A DNA stretch of 55,051 nt, counting the filler, from Squatina squatina (taxonomy: Eukaryota): assembly GCA_031763465.1 (NCBI GenBank). It is 3 parts of 3 records of this genome, joined end to end, with 100 filler letters (N's around TTAATTAATTAA, not from the genome) between each part and the next. Parts side by side here need not be neighbours in the genome. Positions count along the whole stretch, not along the records: positions 1 to 18,335 come from JARFOE010000046.1; 2 more parts are not named here. The stretch is one strand, 5' to 3'. Positions 1 to 12,900 of the stretch are shown piece by piece. Both the position numbers and the translations under genes were made by a program. Each line of letters opens with the position of its first letter. Position 1 is the first letter of the stretch. Below the pieces are notes generated by a model. It searched no databases. It was given only the letters and a program-made list of their open reading frames with translations, and had not been told where the DNA came from.

Positions 1-245
1 TGCTTCTTTCGGGGGTCTGGATATGTCCTGTAATTATCAATGTCAGTTTGCCTGTTGTTTAATGAAATGTCACTGGGTCACCCGAAGGTGAACAGAAAGT
101 ACTTCATTCAAGTAGATGTTTAAGTTGTTGTTTCGTGTGCTTTCTTTTTTCAAATCAAACTTGCCATGAAGTTAAAAAAAATGCTGAATTTTGTAAGTAT
201 TTTAGAGGAATTCCTGATTTGAAAGTGAATCGTGCTCGTGTTAGG

Positions 246-510
246 CCATATTAGGTATATCAGTAGAACGCCTAACCGTCGGTGCACAGTGCACAGTACC
301 TTAGACCAGTAGACGCTTGTATGATCTGATGCCTCCCTGCCCCCCACCCCATCCCAGAGTACTGATGTCAGATAACACCAGCACATCCCACAACCAGATA
401 TTTTAGTCAAACTGCAGGGGAGATGAACGATGCCGCCGAATAACTAAATTGAAAGGTTACTCGGAATTGTTTTTGCTTATTCCAATGACCAAATCTCTCT
501 CTCACTATAA
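246..510 (+). promoter_or_regulatory. Putative NKX2-5 proximal promoter (CArG, GATA, CCAAT, TATA-like)
   Basis: CCATATTAGG at 246-255 (CC(A/T)6GG), AGATAA at 370-375, CCAAT at 482-486, TATAA at 506-510, all upstream of ATG 566. Motif matches only. Confidence 0.45.
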
Positions 511-565
511 CCTTCCAAGACATCGCCTTCTGAGGTCATTTTGGATGCAATAGTTGGTTCTCAAT

Positions 566-887
566 ATGTTTGCCGGCGCAGCAACTTCGACTCCGTTCTC
601 AGTGAAGGATATTTTAAATCTTCAGCACCATCCTGACATGGCGTCTCTGGGCGAGTCGGCGGGGCTCGACTCGCCTCCCTCCCCTGCCTCATGTATGCTA
701 GCACGGACCAAACAGCAACACTACAGTGACACGCAATCCCTGGCAGCATACAACGAGCTACTGCCTAAACTGAATTCCTGCAAAAACCATCCCAACTATT
801 CAAGCACTTCATACGCAAATAATTATTTGGAAATCGACAACAGAGAAGTAAAGACAAGCGGAGGACCGACAGGAAACATTGAGAAGG
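566..887 (+). CDS. NKX2-5: NK2 homeobox NKX2-5, coding exon 1 (TN/eh1 domain)
   Basis: ATG at 566 gives MFAGAATSTPFSVKDILNL (TN domain TPFSVKDIL). Donor AAGG|GTAAGA at 887/888 is phase 1 and joins exon 2 in frame (G|AC = Asp). Confidence 0.92.
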
Positions 888-2645
888 GTAAGAAAGGAAT
901 TTTACAAATAGTTGAAGCCGTTTCACTTCATGTACAATGTTACTAAGCGTCTAACAGTTATTTTTTTCGTAAAATATGCCTGATGCGATATGTCCCGTTG
1001 ATCTGGACTAGAACTTTAGGTCCACTTTAATTTTAAAAAATGACTGAATAAAATATATATCATGAATGGAAAACTGTAAACCAGATTTCTAAGAAGTGTG
1101 TGCGACAGGCAAATGAGCTTACTGAGAATTTACAACAGAACACTTAGCACAGTGGAAAAAAGAAATTTGTATAATCATTTTATATAAAAGCTGCAGATAT
1201 TTATTTCTGCAGCACTTTCACACTTCAAATAGATATCCACTAACTGCCTGTGTAAATTCACTAATTGGAGCCTTATTCATCATTCAAATAACTCATTATT
1301 ACGGGCTGTATAAACAATAAAAGGCCATTTTATAATGAATGTAAATATTTATTGTACATGATTCGGAAGAAAAAAGTTTAACCATTTTTGAATTTGCTAA
1401 TGTAAATGATTCCCGGGTCTATTATTTCGGTTCTACATTAGTTGCAGATTGAAAAGAATCTGCAACATATATCTGAGGACGGAGACGGATTTTAAAAATG
1501 TGAATTGCTCTCTGCCTGATCNNNNNNNNNNNNNNNNNNNNNNNNNNNNNNNNNNNNNNNNNNNNNNNNNNNNNNNNNNNNNNNNNNNNNNNNNNNNNNN
1601 NNNNNNNNNNNNNNNNNNNNNNNNNNNNNNNNNNNNNNNNNNNNNNNNNNNNNNNNNNNNNNNNNNNNNNNNNNNNNNNNNNNNNNNNNNNNNNNNNNNN
1701 NNNNNNNNNNNNNNNNNNNNNNNNNNNNNNNNNNNNNNNNNNNNNNNNNNNNNNNNNNNNNNNNNNNNNNNNNNNNNNNNNNNNNNNNNNNNNNNNNNNN
1801 NNNNNNNNNNNNNNNNNNNNNNNNNNNNNNNNNNNNNNNNNNNNNNNNNNNNNNNNNNNNNNNNNNNNNNNNNNNNNNNNNNNNNNNNNNNNNNNNNNNN
1901 NNNNNNNNNNNNNNNNNNNNNNNNNNNNNNNNNNNNNNNNNNNNNNNNNNNNNNNNNNNNNNNNNNNNNNNNNNNNNNNNNNNNNNNNNNNNNNNNNNNN
2001 NNNNNNNNNNNNNNNNNTTCCCTGGTCACACGCAGTATGAGCCGTCTTATTAGATGAGATTACTTGCCTCACTTTAGTCGCCAAGATGTAGCTTTTGCAA
2101 CTGGTTAGGTGGAAAGATTTGAATGGAGTTGGGGGGCAGTTGGGTGGGAAGGGGTGACAAAAACCCACCTTGAATGAAAGTGCTGTTGAGGATAAACGGC
2201 AGCTCGAGAAGTCTCCGCAGACTGCTGCCATTCCCTGAGTTGGAAAACTAGCCTCCTTTCACTGTTTGAAGCACCTTCATCTACAATCCCTTTTCACCCA
2301 CATTTGTGCAGCATTGTCACTTTGGCGATTCGCTTAACAAGTCTGGTGGCAAAAGATTTTGATTGCAAAACAGGCAATTTTTATTTGACTACATATCTGT
2401 GTGTATCTGACATGAAAATGTATTAAAGTGCTGTAGTTATGCCTTCCTGCTAATTATACCGTAAACTTCATATAGACGCCAATGGATGTATCAGCTTCTG
2501 TAACTATTAGCTTGATCGATATTGAGCGAAGTTGGCAAGTCTTTGATAGTTTGCAAGTCACTGATAGAAACGGTTTTAGCGGAAAGATGCAGAAAACACC
2601 CAGTGAGGGCCAGGTTATTATTAATGACCGTGCTTTGCAATTTAG

Positions 2646-3256
2646 ACTGCCGACTGATGGAAGTTAACGCGGAGAAGGAAGAACAGAAAGCTGGCGAAGC
2701 CGAGAAACCCCGGCGCAGGAGAAGGAAACCGCGAGTTCTCTTCTCTCAGGCACAGGTTTACGAACTGGAAAGGCGCTTCAAACAGCAGAAGTACCTCTCT
2801 GCACCCGAGAGGGACCACTTGGCAAACATACTGAAGCTCACCTCCACCCAGGTCAAGATCTGGTTCCAGAATCGCAGATACAAATGTAAAAGGCAGCGCC
2901 AGGACAAATCTCTGGAGATGGTGGGCCTCCCGCCTCCGAGAAGAATCGCGGTGCCAGTGCTAGTCAGAGATGGCAAGCCGTGTCTGGGAGAGTCTTCGCC
3001 TTATAACTCGCCGTATAACATGAACATCAGCCCTTACGCTTATGGCACTTATGCAAACTATGCCAACTACAGTGGTGCAGCCACTACTGCCAACTACAGC
3101 TGCAACTATCCCAGTGTGCAAGCCGTGCCACCTTCGACAGCGGCCGGTAGCTTGATGAACATGAATTTCACTGTCACTGACTTGAACACTGCGGTACAGA
3201 CTCAAATCCACCAGAACACTGGGGTGTCTACATTGCATGGGATCAGAGCCTGGTAA
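2646..3256 (+). CDS. NKX2-5: NKX2-5 coding exon 2 (homeodomain, NK2-SD, Tyr-rich domain, GIRAW end)
   Basis: Acceptor TTTAG| at 2645. Homeodomain [20 protein letters not shown]...[13 protein letters not shown] with NK2 Tyr54, NK2-[18 protein letters not shown]-terminus STLHGIRAW*. Spliced CDS is 933 nt (310 aa). Tail-to-tail position with BNIP1 and CREBRF supports NKX2-5 over NKX2-3/2-6. Confidence 0.95.
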
Positions 3257-3402
3257 TGTTAACATTGAAAAGAACATTGAAAAACTGATCCAAACATAGC
3301 GCGGTATTCGCGCTCCCCATGGCTGGCTTCACAGGTCATTCATTGTGGGACGGGACGGCGAGGAGGGGCAGCCTCTGCCCTTGTTTATATCGGTCACACA
3401 GT

Positions 3403-3408
3403 AATAAA
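3403..3408 (+). terminator. Candidate NKX2-5 polyadenylation signal
   Basis: First AATAAA after stop 3256, followed by a G-rich element at 3497-3518. Confidence 0.45.
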
Positions 3409-4224
3409 AATAATGGACAATCGGTCAATACGGCCAAAGCCTGTTAATATAGCATCAGAGTTCAAAAGTACCATTATTACATATCTTCAGTGCTTTGGGA
3501 GGGGGAGGGGGCCAAGGGAGCAGTGATAGCTCACTTTCACCCTCTTTGCAGCATTCCATTTCACGGAATGAGGTTTTACCATGATTNNNNNNNNNNNNNN
3601 NNNNNNNNNNNNNNNNNNNNNNNNNNNNNNNNNNNNNNNNNNNNNNNNNNNNNNNNNNNNNNNNNNNNNNNNNNNNNNNNNNNNNNTAAGGTATGTGGAG
3701 ATTGAGGTTTTGAATCATACTTTTTAAAGCAGGTTGATTCAGATCCAGCTTTTTGAAGACAGTGGCATTGGGAGGTGAATGTTTTTACTCTGAACAAGCA
3801 TTAGAACAAAAGTATTTTTTTCTTACATTGGACATTTTGATTTGAAACAGCTGTAAATTGAAGTACAGCTCCAAATTTGTAGCAATTGTGTAAACAGACT
3901 GTGCAATTCTGTCTGGTGCCTTGTCTATGTTAGGAATCATAACTCAGATGTACCCAGTCCCAACATGTTCCCGTTTCTATAGGGTTTGATCTATTTCACA
4001 TGTCAAACAGAATCCACGCGAGTCACCTCCTGAGTCTTGTTCCAATTTATGTGTTGTATACCAATAGTTTGACAGTTTCAGGACATCAGCTTGCGCAGCT
4101 GGGATTTTATTGTTTTCACCCTTCATAAATAATAGTGCATCATCAAACCAGTCAGCACGTCTTGGATGTCACTGAAGCTCCAGAACGAGTGGTGCAGAGG
4201 GGTAGTGTGGTAGCAAAACTTGCT

Positions 4225-4395
4225 TTGAGCCACTTTGACTTCCCTTCCCAGTTACACTCTGCCCTTTCCATCTGTGGTGGCTTGTACTGTTCTAATCAAG
4301 CTCAACAAAAGCTTCAGGAACAGTATCTCATCTTCCCCTTGGGCTCTCTTCAACCTTCTGGTCAATACTTCGACTGTAGCAATTCTCGAACTTAA
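4225..4395 (+). mobile_element. Penelope-like retroelement relic (GIY-YIG endonuclease C-terminus)
   Basis: Translation HFDFPSQLHSALSICGGLYCSNQAQQKLQEQYLIFPLGSLQPSG resembles the Penelope HF...KLEEQHLIFRLGTLQPxG motif. Confidence 0.7.
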
Positions 4396-5231
4396 CTCTC
4401 TTCCAGTTTCTGGCCTGTTCTCCCATTTAATATTCCAGTTCATTGGCTTCCATTTGGAGGTTTTTTTAATTTATCTTTCCCAACTTTTTTCACCATCTTA
4501 CTTTTCTATTTTCATGTTCCTTTTAATACCTTTCATTGTCTCAAAACCTTTATACCTCATCCAACAGTTCAAATCCCTTTCCAATGTTTCAAAAATAAAT
4601 GTAACTTTCTGACAGAAGTCAGCAATTCCAATTCCCTTCCTTTCATTTTGTTCAGTCCTACAAAGGGATTTGCTTATCTTCTGGTTTCCAGCTCTGATGA
4701 AGAGTTTTGATAAAATATGTACAGTCTTTTTCATTTCAGATGATGCAGCCGCTGTGTATTTCNNNNNNNNNNNNNNNNNNNNNNNNNNNNNNNNNNNNNN
4801 NNNNNNNNNNNNNNNNNNNNNNNNNNNNNNNNNNNNNNNNNNNNNNNNNNNNNNNNNNNNNNTGGAATCCCTCAGGAAACCAACTATTTCCTGGACCCCG
4901 ACAGAAGTGCCAACAAGTCACCCATTTCGTCAGTGGTAACAGATGAACACAGATGAGCAGGTGCAGTTGCAAACAAAGACTTTTCCCAGAGGCTAATGCG
5001 ATGAAAAGAGGGACCAGTTTTAAGTGGCTAGACTTTGAAGGTTAAAACTACAGAAACATCTAAAAAAAAAAGCTACTGTATGGGATTTACCCTTTTTTTG
5101 TACATAAAACTGCATTTATATCTAGGGCTTTTCATCAGGCTTTGATGTCTTTGTCAAGGAAGGCCTAGTACTGTAAGCGTTCTCTGTCCCCTGCTTATAT
5201 GGCCTAATCTTGTCATTTAAATTAATGTTTA

Positions 5232-5350
5232 CATAGAATCATAGAATCTGACAGCAGAGAAGGAGGCCATTCAGCTGATCGAGCCTGTGCCAGCTCTTTG
5301 AAATAGTTATCCAATGAGTGCAATTCCCTCGCTCTTTCCCCACAGCCCTG
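5232..5350 (-). mobile_element. CR1-type LINE 3' end
   Basis: (CATAGAAT)2, the complement of the ATTCTATG CR1 tail, followed by GGAGGCCATTCAGC..GAGCCTGTGCCAGCTCT typical of CR1 3'UTRs. Confidence 0.7.
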
Positions 5351-8300
5351 GACTGTCTAACTGTTTTGTACCACACTACTGAGTAATTTTCTTTTTTAAA
5401 ATAGTCCATAGTACCTTTACATAGCATTCTTCATCTAAGTGAATGTCTCTGGGCTTCACAGAGGAAGAGGACTAGAGGGGAAAAGGTGGACACTGAGAAG
5501 AATGTGCAGGAATTTGAGGATGGAAGAATTCCACAGTTGAACATGGCAGCAGGAGGGACAATTCTTTGCAAAGAGAGCCTTTCTTTCCCCAGTCACAAAG
5601 GAATAAAATTAGCCTTTATCATTTTGTTCTCGTCTATTCCCATTGCTTTTTTAAAAAGATGCTTAACAGTAAATACCGTCGACTTCGAGGACTGATGTTA
5701 CAGAATTAACGAATCTCATAAAATGAGTTAATGAATTAAACTAAGGAGCCGAAATGGTGCAATAGTTGAAGCAGTCTGAGTAAATTATTGCACTGACTAA
5801 TTCATGCTGCCAGATTACACAAGGGACACTGTCAGTCAACAGCTCCACAAAACGAAAATTGACACTCAAGCACCTGCAAACAGTGAAAACCTAGCAAGTT
5901 CATAGAGCCAGAACTATATAAAACTCAGATATAAAGGCAGTTATTCCATTGCTTCAAGATGGGTGAGAACAAAATAAAGCACATTTTAGTTATAAAGGGC
6001 GTAGACCCTCAGGGCGCTCAACTGGTATATTTGACATTTGTGGCTAAATGGGACCAATAAGAGTAAATTTTGCGCCCATTTTGCACCATTATATTAAGAC
6101 GCAGATTTGGTCTCATAGAAAATTTCTGGAGGTCACAAAAACAAAAATGATGTTAAAAACCAGCGCTATCGAGACTAATGACACTTAGGTTTTTTCAGCA
6201 GACCAATTGTTCGTCCAATGTAAGGAGGAGCTATCAGGTGTCATGCCACCTCAGCCCTTAAAGGGGATCGTTCTGCAGACACAAGCACTGCTTAGGTCAG
6301 TCAGAGCATAGACTGTTGGTGAGCGAGGAGGGATTGTCTTACCAGCTGCTGGGATTGGCAGACATAATAAATGGCACCCTGGACCCTCGGGAAGCCTGCT
6401 ATTTTGGCAATGCCCAAAGCTCTGTCTTGCTGACCTGGAGTCTGAGCACTCGCCGATCACACCTCATTTGATGTCACCTTCCTGTCTGACCTCTCAGATG
6501 ATGATGCAGGGCTGCAGCTTCTGCCACCAGTGAGGTCGAAGGTTGTGGCAAATGAAGGGGTTGCTAGATGTGCTGATGATGACCAACTGTTGCACCATGC
6601 TGCCTGGCATCATCTTGTTCTGAGATCATCTCTCTCTGCTGCAAAAGGNNNNNNNNNNNNNNNNNNNNNNNNNNNNNNNNNNNNNNNNNNNNNNNNNNNN
6701 NNNNNNNNNNNNNNNNNNNNNNNNNNNNNNNNNNNNNNNNNNNNNNNNCTGTGTGTGCCTGACATCCAGTGTTGCTATGGAGGTGGTGGTTATTTAAAAT
6801 TGACAGGGCCACTCTACCTATACAATTAATGATGGGGCAATCCTGCCGGGTGGAGGAGGGGGTGTTAAAATCTCCCCATTGTGTTTGTGTGTATGCAGAG
6901 CTTAGTGAAAAAAATCGCCTGTGGTATCAAACAAGATGACTTTGGAAAGGAATGACAATGGTCATTTTATGTTGTACTGCCTCCTATTTTGTTCCAGCAT
7001 TAAACATACCCCTGACTTCGTATTTCTTTATATTGGAATGCCTTTGGAACGCGGAAATCATTTTGTATTGCAGAAATCACTAAGTTTATACTGAAAAAGG
7101 CAACTACTATATTTGTTCCTATGGTAGAGAATCAGATTGAACTGAAAAAAGTGTGTGTCCAATATAACCTTTGTCAGTTGGATCTCTGCACCCCTTCAAT
7201 GTGCCTGTGGTGATATTGATAGGTGCTTGTGGAACCTCATTCTATTTTCAAAAAGCCTTTACAGCACATGCTTTAAATCTACTGCTTGGGGAATCTGTTA
7301 GATTTGGGTCCTTTTTCACTCTGGAAGGTATGTTTCTTGGGTTCAGCATCTCAGACCATTCCTGCAGCCAAGTCCTCATTGACCCAGAGTGAACTTTTTT
7401 CTGCTCAATATCTAAGTAAATGTAGTGAGATCCAGTGGTGAAACACAGAACCCTGGTCACTGTACTCGACCTTGCTGGGATATACCACGTGGTGCCACAC
7501 GAATTCCTTGACTTCTGTAGGTGGAAGAATAACACTATCAGACCGTGACTCAGGCTACAAACCACCAGAGAAACTTATTCCACATAAAATAGGTGGAAGA
7601 AGAGTTTTCAATACAGACAGGATATTTACAGTAATTGCAATCTCTTACCAATCTCTTTGGAATGCCAAAAACAAAGATGCATATCCTGTATTAACCTTCA
7701 ATACAAGAGTGACCCTCGAAACACGGACACTTAACTTCTTATGTGACACTCGCTCCCATTAACTAGGCTTGTACCCTGATGGTTTCAGACTAGCTGGTGA
7801 GCTGACTGCAGACAGATACAAGCCCACTATCATTAACTCCTGGTTACAGATACATTTGTCAAAAGGACTACAAAAAATCATAGCTCTGGATCTTTCAAAG
7901 ACCAGACTCACATCTTCACCTCAGATACAGTTATCAATAAAAAAAATCCCCAGGATGTCAATCACAGGGATATTTGAACTGAATGGTTTGGCCCATTTCT
8001 GAGAAACATATTGATCTCTTCCAATTAATTTGATAAACTGATGATCAAAAGGAATTTAACACTCATATCTTCAACCAAAAGAAATGCCACTTTGGACAAA
8101 AGAGGTCTAAGTTCTTAACATACATATTTAACTATCTTTTGTCCCGTAGGAACAAGCTACAGACACACAGCAATCTCCTTGGTATACTAGACCGTAATGT
8201 TTAGTCTCTGCAGCTTGAAGAATCAGCCAACGGGGCTTAATCTTAACCCTGTATGTAGTGCGGCCAGCAAGAATCCAATAAATAATCCACCAGACAAAAA

Positions 8301-8363
8301 TCCTTCACTAATTTAACATGGAGGAAGTCAGAGGAAATCCATACATTACTTCTTCAACCTTAC

Positions 8364-8482
8364 CCAGTGTCTGCACCGACTCTTCACTCTGCTGCACCTG
8401 TTGTGACATCATCCTACTGATGCTCATCAAACTCTCTGTAATGCTGCTTGCTGTCTGTACCAAGCCTTCCTTTGTCATCTTT
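8364..8482 (-). CDS. BNIP1: BNIP1 (Sec20) internal coding exon
   Basis: 119-nt exon bounded by TTTCAG| and |GTAAGG. Encodes (R)KMTKEGLVQTASSITESLMSISRMMSQQVQQSEESVQTL, matching the BNIP1 t-SNARE region. Lies between NKX2-5 and CREBRF. Other BNIP1 exons are not visible. Confidence 0.9.
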
Positions 8483-8749
8483 CTGAAACCCAAGAGAACT
8501 TAGTTTATTTCAGCACTAGTGATTTTTCTGTTGTCTTTCTTCATTGTTTGGTCTCACTTTGATGTGTAATTCAAAAGTACCCTGGACAGTTTGATCATTG
8601 TTTCTAACTGAATTATATAAACTGTGANNNNNNNNNNNNNNNNNNNNNNNNNNNNNNNNNNNNNNNNNNNNNNNNNNNNNNNNNNNNNNNNNNNNNNNNN
8701 NNNNNNNNNNNNNNNNNNNNNNNNNNNAACTGCATCTCACCGTCTGGCT

Positions 8750-9280
8750 CCCCATTCAAATGTATTGAATGTCAAAGTTCCTGTATTCGTAAACACATCA
8801 CAAATAGAGCTTGTCCATTAGTCTAAATACCCTTTTAATGGCGTGATAAGACTTAATTACTACCAAACAACCTCTTTAGCACGAAAATTAACTTTTACAA
8901 GTATGGAACCTATTCCTTCAGATTTTAATTGCTGTTGGAGATTTTCTTTAAAACATTATTTTTTTCTTTGTCGCTTATCTCTCTCTAAATCCCATCTTTC
9001 TCTCTCTTTATTTTGCTTTCTGTATCTGATTTGACATTGAATTCACTATTCTAACCTGCACTTCCTGGTTCGGACTGTGCTGCTCAACAATTCTTCAATC
9101 TGATTGGTTAAGGAAATACAGTTGCTTTCCCTGTTCACACAGGTCCCAGATGTCCTGCAGTGGGCGCCATGCGGTTTGGATGTCCCACTGACAGCAACTT
9201 GCCATGCAAAACCCCATTGAAGTTTTGTGGGCAAGTGCTAGCCTAATGAACGTCGCCACGCACAGCAAAATCCGGTCCAA
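8750..9280. mobile_element. Non-autonomous DNA-transposon-like interspersed repeat, copy 1
   Basis: Clear colinear similarity to 46350-46823 (AACTTTTACAAGT, CCTGGTTC.GACTGTG, TTCAATCTGATTGGTTAAGGA.ATACA, TGTGGGCAAGTG, end CAAAATCC.G.CCA). Confidence 0.7.
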
Positions 9281-9994
9281 AATTTTTTCACCTCAGATTG
9301 TCAGTCAGAACTGGTCCAAATGATAAAGACAAGAAATAAACACCAGCCATGAACAGAACAAGAAATAAATCCCTATAAATTGCACAAATTTAAAGTCAGT
9401 GCTGTGNNNNNNNNNNTGCTCAAATTCTAAATGTTTTTCCTAAAACTTACATTTCATCCCAATAAACTAAAAACATATACACAGGAGCAACACAAACATG
9501 ACTCATACTAACAGGTTTTCTTTTTAAAGAGAACCTGTAAAAACAGTCCCCAAAATTAATTTACCAACCCAAACATGCTATCCACTTCTTTTCAAATGCA
9601 AGTTACAACAATTTTCATACTTTAGTTCTCCCCTCAAGAGGATTCCTAAAATAGTTTGAAGTTGTTCATCCTTCAATTGTATGAGACATTGCTGTTAAGC
9701 CGCGATCCATCATCCTTGTTCCACACAGATCTACAGGAAAGAGAAATTAATTGCAACCTTCAATAAATAATCAAGTATGCCAGTACATTTTCTTTTTCAA
9801 AGTGGAGCCTAAAAAAGTTACTGAAGTCATGTTTAAAAAAATTAACATTTTGAAGGCTTTTTGCTGTACTGTTGGAATCCAATAAAATGCACTCTCAGCC
9901 AATTAAAAGAGCTGTCAAATCTGTAATTCAAGTACAACATTCAGCTGCTTTGAATTTAGTACAATACATTCAAACAAAATAAGTACAGGACACA

Positions 9995-12900
9995 TTCTGG
10001 GGTTTAGTTGCTTTATTATAATCTTTGCAAAACAATATGAAATTCAGACTGTGATTACAAGAAGCTGTAGTACCAACACCTGGCTGATACAATGCAATAA
10101 GAAAACTGTTAAAGGGGTACGATCACTAAAACACAACACAACCTCGTTCATTAAAATCTGTTCCACCATTTTCTGTACAGTAAGCAAATGCATATGAATT
10201 AAAACCCTTTCACTAGCATAAACCTACATAGAGGTTTAACAAAATGCCTCCAGGTTGTCACTGGCATACATATATATAGTATCATTGGTAACTAGTTGTC
10301 AACTTTTAAAAAAAAAATTCTCTCCTTTTTAAGTCTCCCATTTCCTAGTCAAAAAGGATGAGCAAGAAGCTCAAGTCTGGGAGTGTGCCTATGTCACTCT
10401 GGAGCTAACTAAGTAATCAAAACTCAGGATGACTTGTCCTCCAATTTTCCCTCTCTTGTGGGTAAGTCTCTGATGTCTGGCTGGTGTCACCATCCAATGG
10501 TACAAGACTGAGTGTCACTGTGTGGGGAATTATGGATTTAAATCCGTGTTCTATCACTTCATGGTGCAGTATAAACACACCACCGTTAACCATGGTTTTT
10601 AATGAGTACAAAATGAATTGCAATACAAGGCTCTGCCATGTACTAGCATCAATCCCACTCACACTATACAAGTTATAAACACACTATCATAACCTATTTA
10701 TTGAAGTTTTCCTTTGTTACACCAATGTTTCCACGTGACTTTTAACTGTATCCATGAATAATCATTTGAAAATGGCAATCACCATCAGTAACCAAGACTA
10801 TTCACAATAGTTACTGATATAACTTGAAGTGATGGCCCTTTCACTGGAGGTATCTACATTTACAGTGCTACCTTTGTTAATATTCAGTCAAATAACAAAC
10901 AGCAGTGAACTCCGGATTGCTTGACAGGAACTAGTACACAGTGTAATGGTGATAGCGTTAATGTACATGTGCTGGTTGCTGGAAAGTCTCTTTTGTGCTA
11001 CTGTTGACAGTCTAAATAACTAGAAGTTAATGTGGAATGAAAAAAAGGGAGAAGCTTAGAAAGATTGTTCCCCATTAAAATCAAACAATGTAAGACAAAG
11101 CTACTAATATTGTGTCAAAGAATGAGTAACAGGCACATTTATTAACCAAGAGAGTGGACATTGATATGACATTACTTATAGCTAATATTTTTTTGTTGGG
11201 GAGGGGGCATTGGTACTCTACTAAAGGCACATAAAAAAGTGTACCTTTAAATAAAATATTTAGTACTGTAACTTTAGCAATATGTACAGTACTCAGCAAT
11301 ACTTTGAAATTGTCACTTCAAAGCTGTTGGCCCAAATTAGTTCAGATGAGATGTACTCCCTTCTGCTAAACTATCATGAATGTGATAAATGTGCTTTTAT
11401 TTCAATAGGATGTAAAATTGTTGCTTGGTGAAATGACTAGTCTTGTAACTTCCTTGTACACATTGCTGGTGCCAAACAGACCTAATTAAAGCACAAATAG
11501 GATATGATCTCCCACATGGAAAAATACTTATGTACATATTATACTGTACATTTCACTAATATTAAAATTGATGGAAATTCTAAGTACTATACACACAAGG
11601 TTTTCACTGTGCAATACAACAGCAGTAAACAAGTGAACATACTCATCAAATCCAAATATCCCATTGAAATTACTTTCTTAAAAAGGCAACAACCACTTTA
11701 CAAATAATTTTTCACCAAGTCTTGCTTTCTTCAGTACATGAAGTGGAGCGATGAAGATCTACTTTACTTAACATTACATACATCTATTTTTAAACTTACT
11801 GGGTCCCGTAGATGACAGAATATACAATGAATAAAATTAAGATCCAGGATAATTTTAGTACATATACATTATAATCATGTAAGTTTTCATTAACTCATTC
11901 CTTGGATATTAACAGCGATGCCATTTACTACATCCTTTATCTAGTCTATCTCAAAAAGACACCAGATGGTGGTGTTGCAAATATGGAAAGGGGAGTAGAA
12001 ATTAAACAAAATGGCATGACAGTAGTAAGTTAGCCAACAGTTCNNNNNNNNNNNNNNNNNNNNNNNNNNNNNNNNNNNNNNNNNNNNNNNNNNNNNNNNN
12101 NNNNNNNNNNNNNNNNNNNNNNNNNNNNNNNNNNNNNNNNNNNNNNNNNNNNNNNNNNNNNNNNNNNNNNNNNNNNNNNNNNNNNNNNNNNNNNNNNNNN
12201 NNNNNNNNNNNNNNNNNNNNNNNNNNNNNNNNNNNNNNNNNNNNNNNNNNNNNNNNNNNNNNNNNNNNNNNNNNNNNNNNNNNNNNNNNNNNNNNNNNNN
12301 NNNNNNNNNNNNNNNNNNNNNNNNNNNNNNNNNNNNNNNNNNNNNNNNNNNNNNNNNNNNNNNNNNNNNNNNNNNNNNNNNNNNNNNNNNNNNNNNNNNN
12401 NNNNNNNNNNNNNNNNNNNNNNNNNNNNNNNNNNNNNNNNNNNNNNNNNNNNNNNNNNNNNNNNNNNNNNNNNNNNNNNNNNNNNNNNNNNNNNNNNNNN
12501 NNNNNNNNNNNNNNNNNNNNNNNNNNNNNNNNNNNNNNNNNNNNNNNNNNNNNNNNNNNNNNNNNNNNNNNNNNNNNNNNNNNNNNNNNNNNNNNNNNNN
12601 NNNNNNNNNNNNNNNNNNNNNNNNNNNNNNNNNNNNNNNNNNNNNNNNNNNNNNNNNNNNNNNNNNNNNNNNNNNNNNNNNNNNNNNNNNNNNNNNNNNN
12701 NNNNNNNNNNNNNNNNNNNNNNNNNNNNNNNNNNNNNNNNNNNNNNNNNNNNNNNNNNNNNNNNNNNNNNAAATTTACCATTTAATTATGAAATATCGAA
12801 AAGCAACATGAATCTTGGGTGTAATCACAACTAAACATATAATACTGCATAGAGAATATACCTTTAGAGTACTGATAATTTGGATTATCTACAATTAATT

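Noticed and set aside
2522-2645. N-terminal part of the 244-aa ORF as a single-exon homeobox gene
   Set aside because: It starts at TTG inside the intron. The true acceptor at 2645 splices in phase to the TN-domain exon.
6240-6650. GC-richer tract as the missing BNIP1 last exon
   Set aside because: No reading matching the BNIP1 C-terminus (ITKYNRRELTD plus transmembrane segment) was found. It is more likely an old transposon remnant I could not classify.
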